Below are positions 60,409 to 64,000 of a stretch of 64,000 bases of DNA, piece after piece (within the stretch, counting starts at the first letter, position 1; each line of letters starts with the position of its first letter). This DNA comes from Lingula anatina (lineage: Eukaryota; Animalia; Brachiopoda). The stretch covers positions 17,770,651-17,834,650 of the forward strand of contig CM120647.1 of assembly GCA_051362555.1 (NCBI GenBank). The letters run 5' to 3'. The notes under the pieces were generated by a model. It saw only the letters and a program-made list of their open reading frames with translations. It was not told where the DNA came from and searched no databases. The translations under genes were made by a program, and so were the position numbers.

Positions 60409-63400
60409 TCAATATGGTCTAGAAGTATAATTCCTATTGGTGAACATTCTGCCTGGGACTGGTCTAGAGCCCTGGGACGCCCCACCATTCATACTACCTC
60501 CCATGGTGTTACCATGGTGCTGCATGCGGAGTGTAGGCATGTATGGATGTACTGAAGGCTGCGATTGGTTGACCCTTGCTGGCATGCCCTGACCTTGACC
60601 TGGATACTGCACCTGCCTTACTCCTCCTAACTGTGCCTTGAATACAGAAAAAAAGTTATAGTTTTAATTTTTTCTTTTAATTTCTTTGCTCATCATGAAT
60701 AAAAATACCAAAATAATAACTTCTTGTTTCCAGTATTACATGTGAATTGCCAATATAACTGTAAAAATACTAAGATCTCAAATCTGTCAATTAAAATATT
60801 TGCGATAATATAATGATAAAATAATCATCCAATGTAACATCTGAAGTTAAGGATAATGTAAGAGCAAGTTTGACAATATAACACATTTGGTAATTTGTAA
60901 TTTTCAAAAGTAAACAACCATAAAAAACTCAAATTTACACATAAAGCCAAGACAAACATTGTTGTTTAAATTAAAATTGACCTCTTCACACCTGCTGAGG
61001 GGAAGTTTTAAACGATGGTATGCTGTGAGCAGTTACAATAATTGGTTGTTGCTGTTGCTGATGTTGTAACTGCTGCTGTTGTTGTTGTTGTTGTTGTTGC
61101 TGGTTTGATGCAAGAGACTGGACATACTGTATCTGTAATGGCTGCTGGACTGAACTGGTGATCTGAAAAATTTCATGATGAAAGTTAAATTATTATCACT
61201 TTAACACAAAAATAATACATCTAAAATATTATATCTGTGATGAACTCATCACACTTTCAAACTTCCATTTTTTATGGTTTATGTCTTTACCATTTAGAGA
61301 GCCTTTTCCATGATCCAAGACATCACATATTGCTGCCAGAATTAGAAACAGGTGGTGCAACATCAACCCCCCAAAACGTCCCTGCTCCCACCCACCCCAC
61401 CCCCCTACACACAAACACACATATATAAAGGCCCATAGGGGTGACTAAAGGGAATCCTCCCAGACAGTCCAAATTCTTCTCATTAAGTGTACAATCAAAT
61501 GAGAATTTACACAATTTGAAGGAGAATGGGGGCAGAAATAATGGTAAACGTAGTATGTGACAGCATCCCCACAGTCCTATATGGTTAAGGGACTGGTTAC
61601 ATTTAATTTAGACACTATGGAAATTTTGTTCTATTATTCTGATGAGATTTACAGAGTAATTACCCAAAATGTTACAAAAAATCACTATCCGACCTGTGTT
61701 TGTGCAGCAGATGGCTGTATGTTAATGACTGTGTTCTGGAGCTGCTGTACAGGACTGCTGGAGACAAAGGTCGTCTGCTGTGGAACGGACTCTGCCTCAC
61801 GACGCTTCTGAAGGGCCTCTTTTCTCCATGCCTACGAATGAATTGTACCAACATATATTTTCAATATTTTCTCAAAATAAGACTTTGCCTGACAGAACAG
61901 CCTAAGATGGTATCTAGATGGTTTTCATCATTTGAGGCTTGGGGCATTTATATCCAAGCCAAACTGATAAATATAAAGATTCATGTCCAATACCCAATGA
62001 CAAAAGAAGTCAAATGGACTAAAGTAATCCTTCTTTTTTCAACTGATACATTAAACATGGCTGTACCTGTTCTGATTCAGTTTGACCTTGCAATGCCCTT
62101 TGACCTTGAGTGACCTTGGGTGTTGCACCATCCCCCACTGGCTGCATCTGCGTCTGTGTACACTGGGCCATGTGGTGGGGCCAGTGGGTCTGCTGGCATG
62201 GGTAGTCGCAGTAACTGGTGTTCCAACAACAGTAAAATATGGCTTCCTTGCCACAGTTGGCGCACTGGAGATGTGACGTGACATGGGAATTATAAAAACT
62301 GAGTTGTGAAACACAAAGGAACAAAATAAATACTAGCACATAACCTTTACATAAAAAGTAAGAGTGCAAGAACTGAATCACGGGATTGAAATTGAAATAA
62401 AGGCAAGGAAAAATACCAACTTTCCAAGGATCTCAGAACCTCCAAGTGCTCATTTACTCGCAATCTCTGAACATCATAAAAAATCCCTTAAATAATTCTA
62501 AAGTCATTCTTTTTCAATACAATAATAATAATAATAATAATAAGCATCAATACAAGACACAGGCTGACCAACTCACCCACTGTTTTTTCTTGGTCTCATC
62601 CACAGCCTTTTGTTTTTCTGTCTCGCACTGTTTCTTCACTTTCTCCACGGTCTGTCTCCAGTCATTTTCCACAGTGGCTCTCATTTCTGCCAGCCGAAGG
62701 TCTGCCACATAAAATAGTAGAATATATTTGTCTAGTAAAATAAAATAACATACAGACTTTCTCTTTTTTTTGGCTGAAGCATTTGTCTTGCTGACTGGTT
62801 GCCAAATGCAATCTAATTCACCAAATGTTTTTTTCGTGCTTTGAAAGAGGTCAGACTGTTTGAGTAGTGCCGTGAAATTCAAGAAAAACCATGTCCTGTG
62901 TAACTCCCAAAAGATGCTCTAGGAAAAAGTTAATAGCAAAGCAGTCTTTTTTTTTCAAAAAAGTTTGCAGCCAGTATTAGCTGTGTATTTATTCAATTAC
63001 TTTATTATATTTATCATTATTATTTTCTTTTGGTTTGCTTTTGGTTTGGTTAACAAAATTACCATCAAATAACATGTTTTACATACATGTTCTTACATAC
63101 ATATCCTCTTTGCAGTTGCAAAAATACAACTTTGTTCAAATATGAAGTGTTCTTTGATACTGACACTGATTAAATTCTATATCCTCTGTTGAAGGCTGTC
63201 AAATTATTTGATGATTTAGAAAAAATAGTTCACAATCATGATCAAAAATTTTCAACATCTTCACACATACTGATTTTTCAAATTTGATGGTGATTGGGTG
63301 AAAATTGTGTATTCGTAAACCTCACGACAGAAACAGAAGCTACCTGCAACGTGCTGCATCTCTGCCAGCTCTTGCTGGTGCCTCCAGCTTGCCTTCTCTA

Positions 63401-63994
63401 GCTCCAGTTGGAAGTGTTTGGCCAGACCCTGTCCTCCACTGGGACTGAGGAGATCCTTGTACAGTGACTCAAAGGTCCCTTGAACAGATTTCATGATCTG
63501 GAAAACACACAATGCAGAATAATATATAAGTATTGATATACAGCATAATATATAAGTATTGGTATACAGCATACTAAATAAGTATGGATATACAGCATAA
63601 TATATAAGTATTGATATATAGCATAATATATAAGTATTGGTATACAGCATAATATATAAGTATTGGTATACAGCATAATAAATAAGTATCGGTATACAGT
63701 ATAATATGTAAGTAATAGTATACAGGATAATGTTTAAGTTTCAGTATACAGGATAATATACAAGTATCAGTTTGCAGACTGTGCACCAAGTAATTACTTG
63801 TCGAGTATTCTCACCTGATCAGTATACTGGCTAAAATCAAACGGCGTAATATTTTCAGCCAAGGGGGCACCGCCTGATGCTGGCACACTAGATGATTGTC
63901 CTGTAGACAACTTGGCTGGTGTGCCAGAAGCTGTCTTCCCTCCCCCTGATGTTCCTGGTACTGATATGGCAGCCTGCTGCACATGTGGACTGGG
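60409..63994 (-). CDS. ZMYND8: ZMYND8 / PRKCBP1 (RACK7) chromatin reader, 3' exons; 5'-partial
   Basis: Exons (-): about 63994-63815 (start uncertain at the window edge), 63497-63344, 62701-62577, 62264-62067, 61831-61694, 61162-60992, 60636-60409. Coiled coil [10 protein letters not shown]...[10 protein letters not shown] then MYND finger [31 protein letters not shown], which matches ZMYND8 better than ZMYND11; Q-rich tail. Confidence 0.93.
63516..63765. repeat. 26-bp minisatellite next to a ZMYND8 acceptor
   Basis: CAGCATAATATATAAGTATTGGTATA units at 63541, 63567, 63593 and onward. Confidence 0.9.
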
Positions 63995-64000
63995 CTGTAA

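Overview
AT-rich animal genomic DNA from an invertebrate bilaterian, probably a lophotrochozoan or mollusc (inferred from repeat types and protein style). Three spliced genes were reconstructed by hand from GT-AG boundaries and reading-phase continuity. (1) The 3' part of a syndecan (+, 4222-9193) whose ectodomain carries a thyroglobulin type-1 domain on a symmetric phase-1 exon, plus a candidate 30-nt microexon. (2) A complete 20-exon diacylglycerol kinase theta (-, 48590-17630, about 941 aa), convergent with syndecan. (3) The 3' part of ZMYND8/PRKCBP1 (-, window end to 60409). The main non-genic structure is a 12.2-kb three-level nest of one non-autonomous Helentron-like (HINE) element inside DGK intron 7, with PIF/Harbinger and hAT MITEs and an L1-like 3' fragment elsewhere. 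Many DGK splice junctions are themselves the seeds of tandem duplications, which create in-frame and out-of-frame decoy splice sites. The 3' UTRs contain hairpins, a triple consensus ERE, an M-box cluster and a long-TIR transposon. Most ORFs in the supplied track are spurious.
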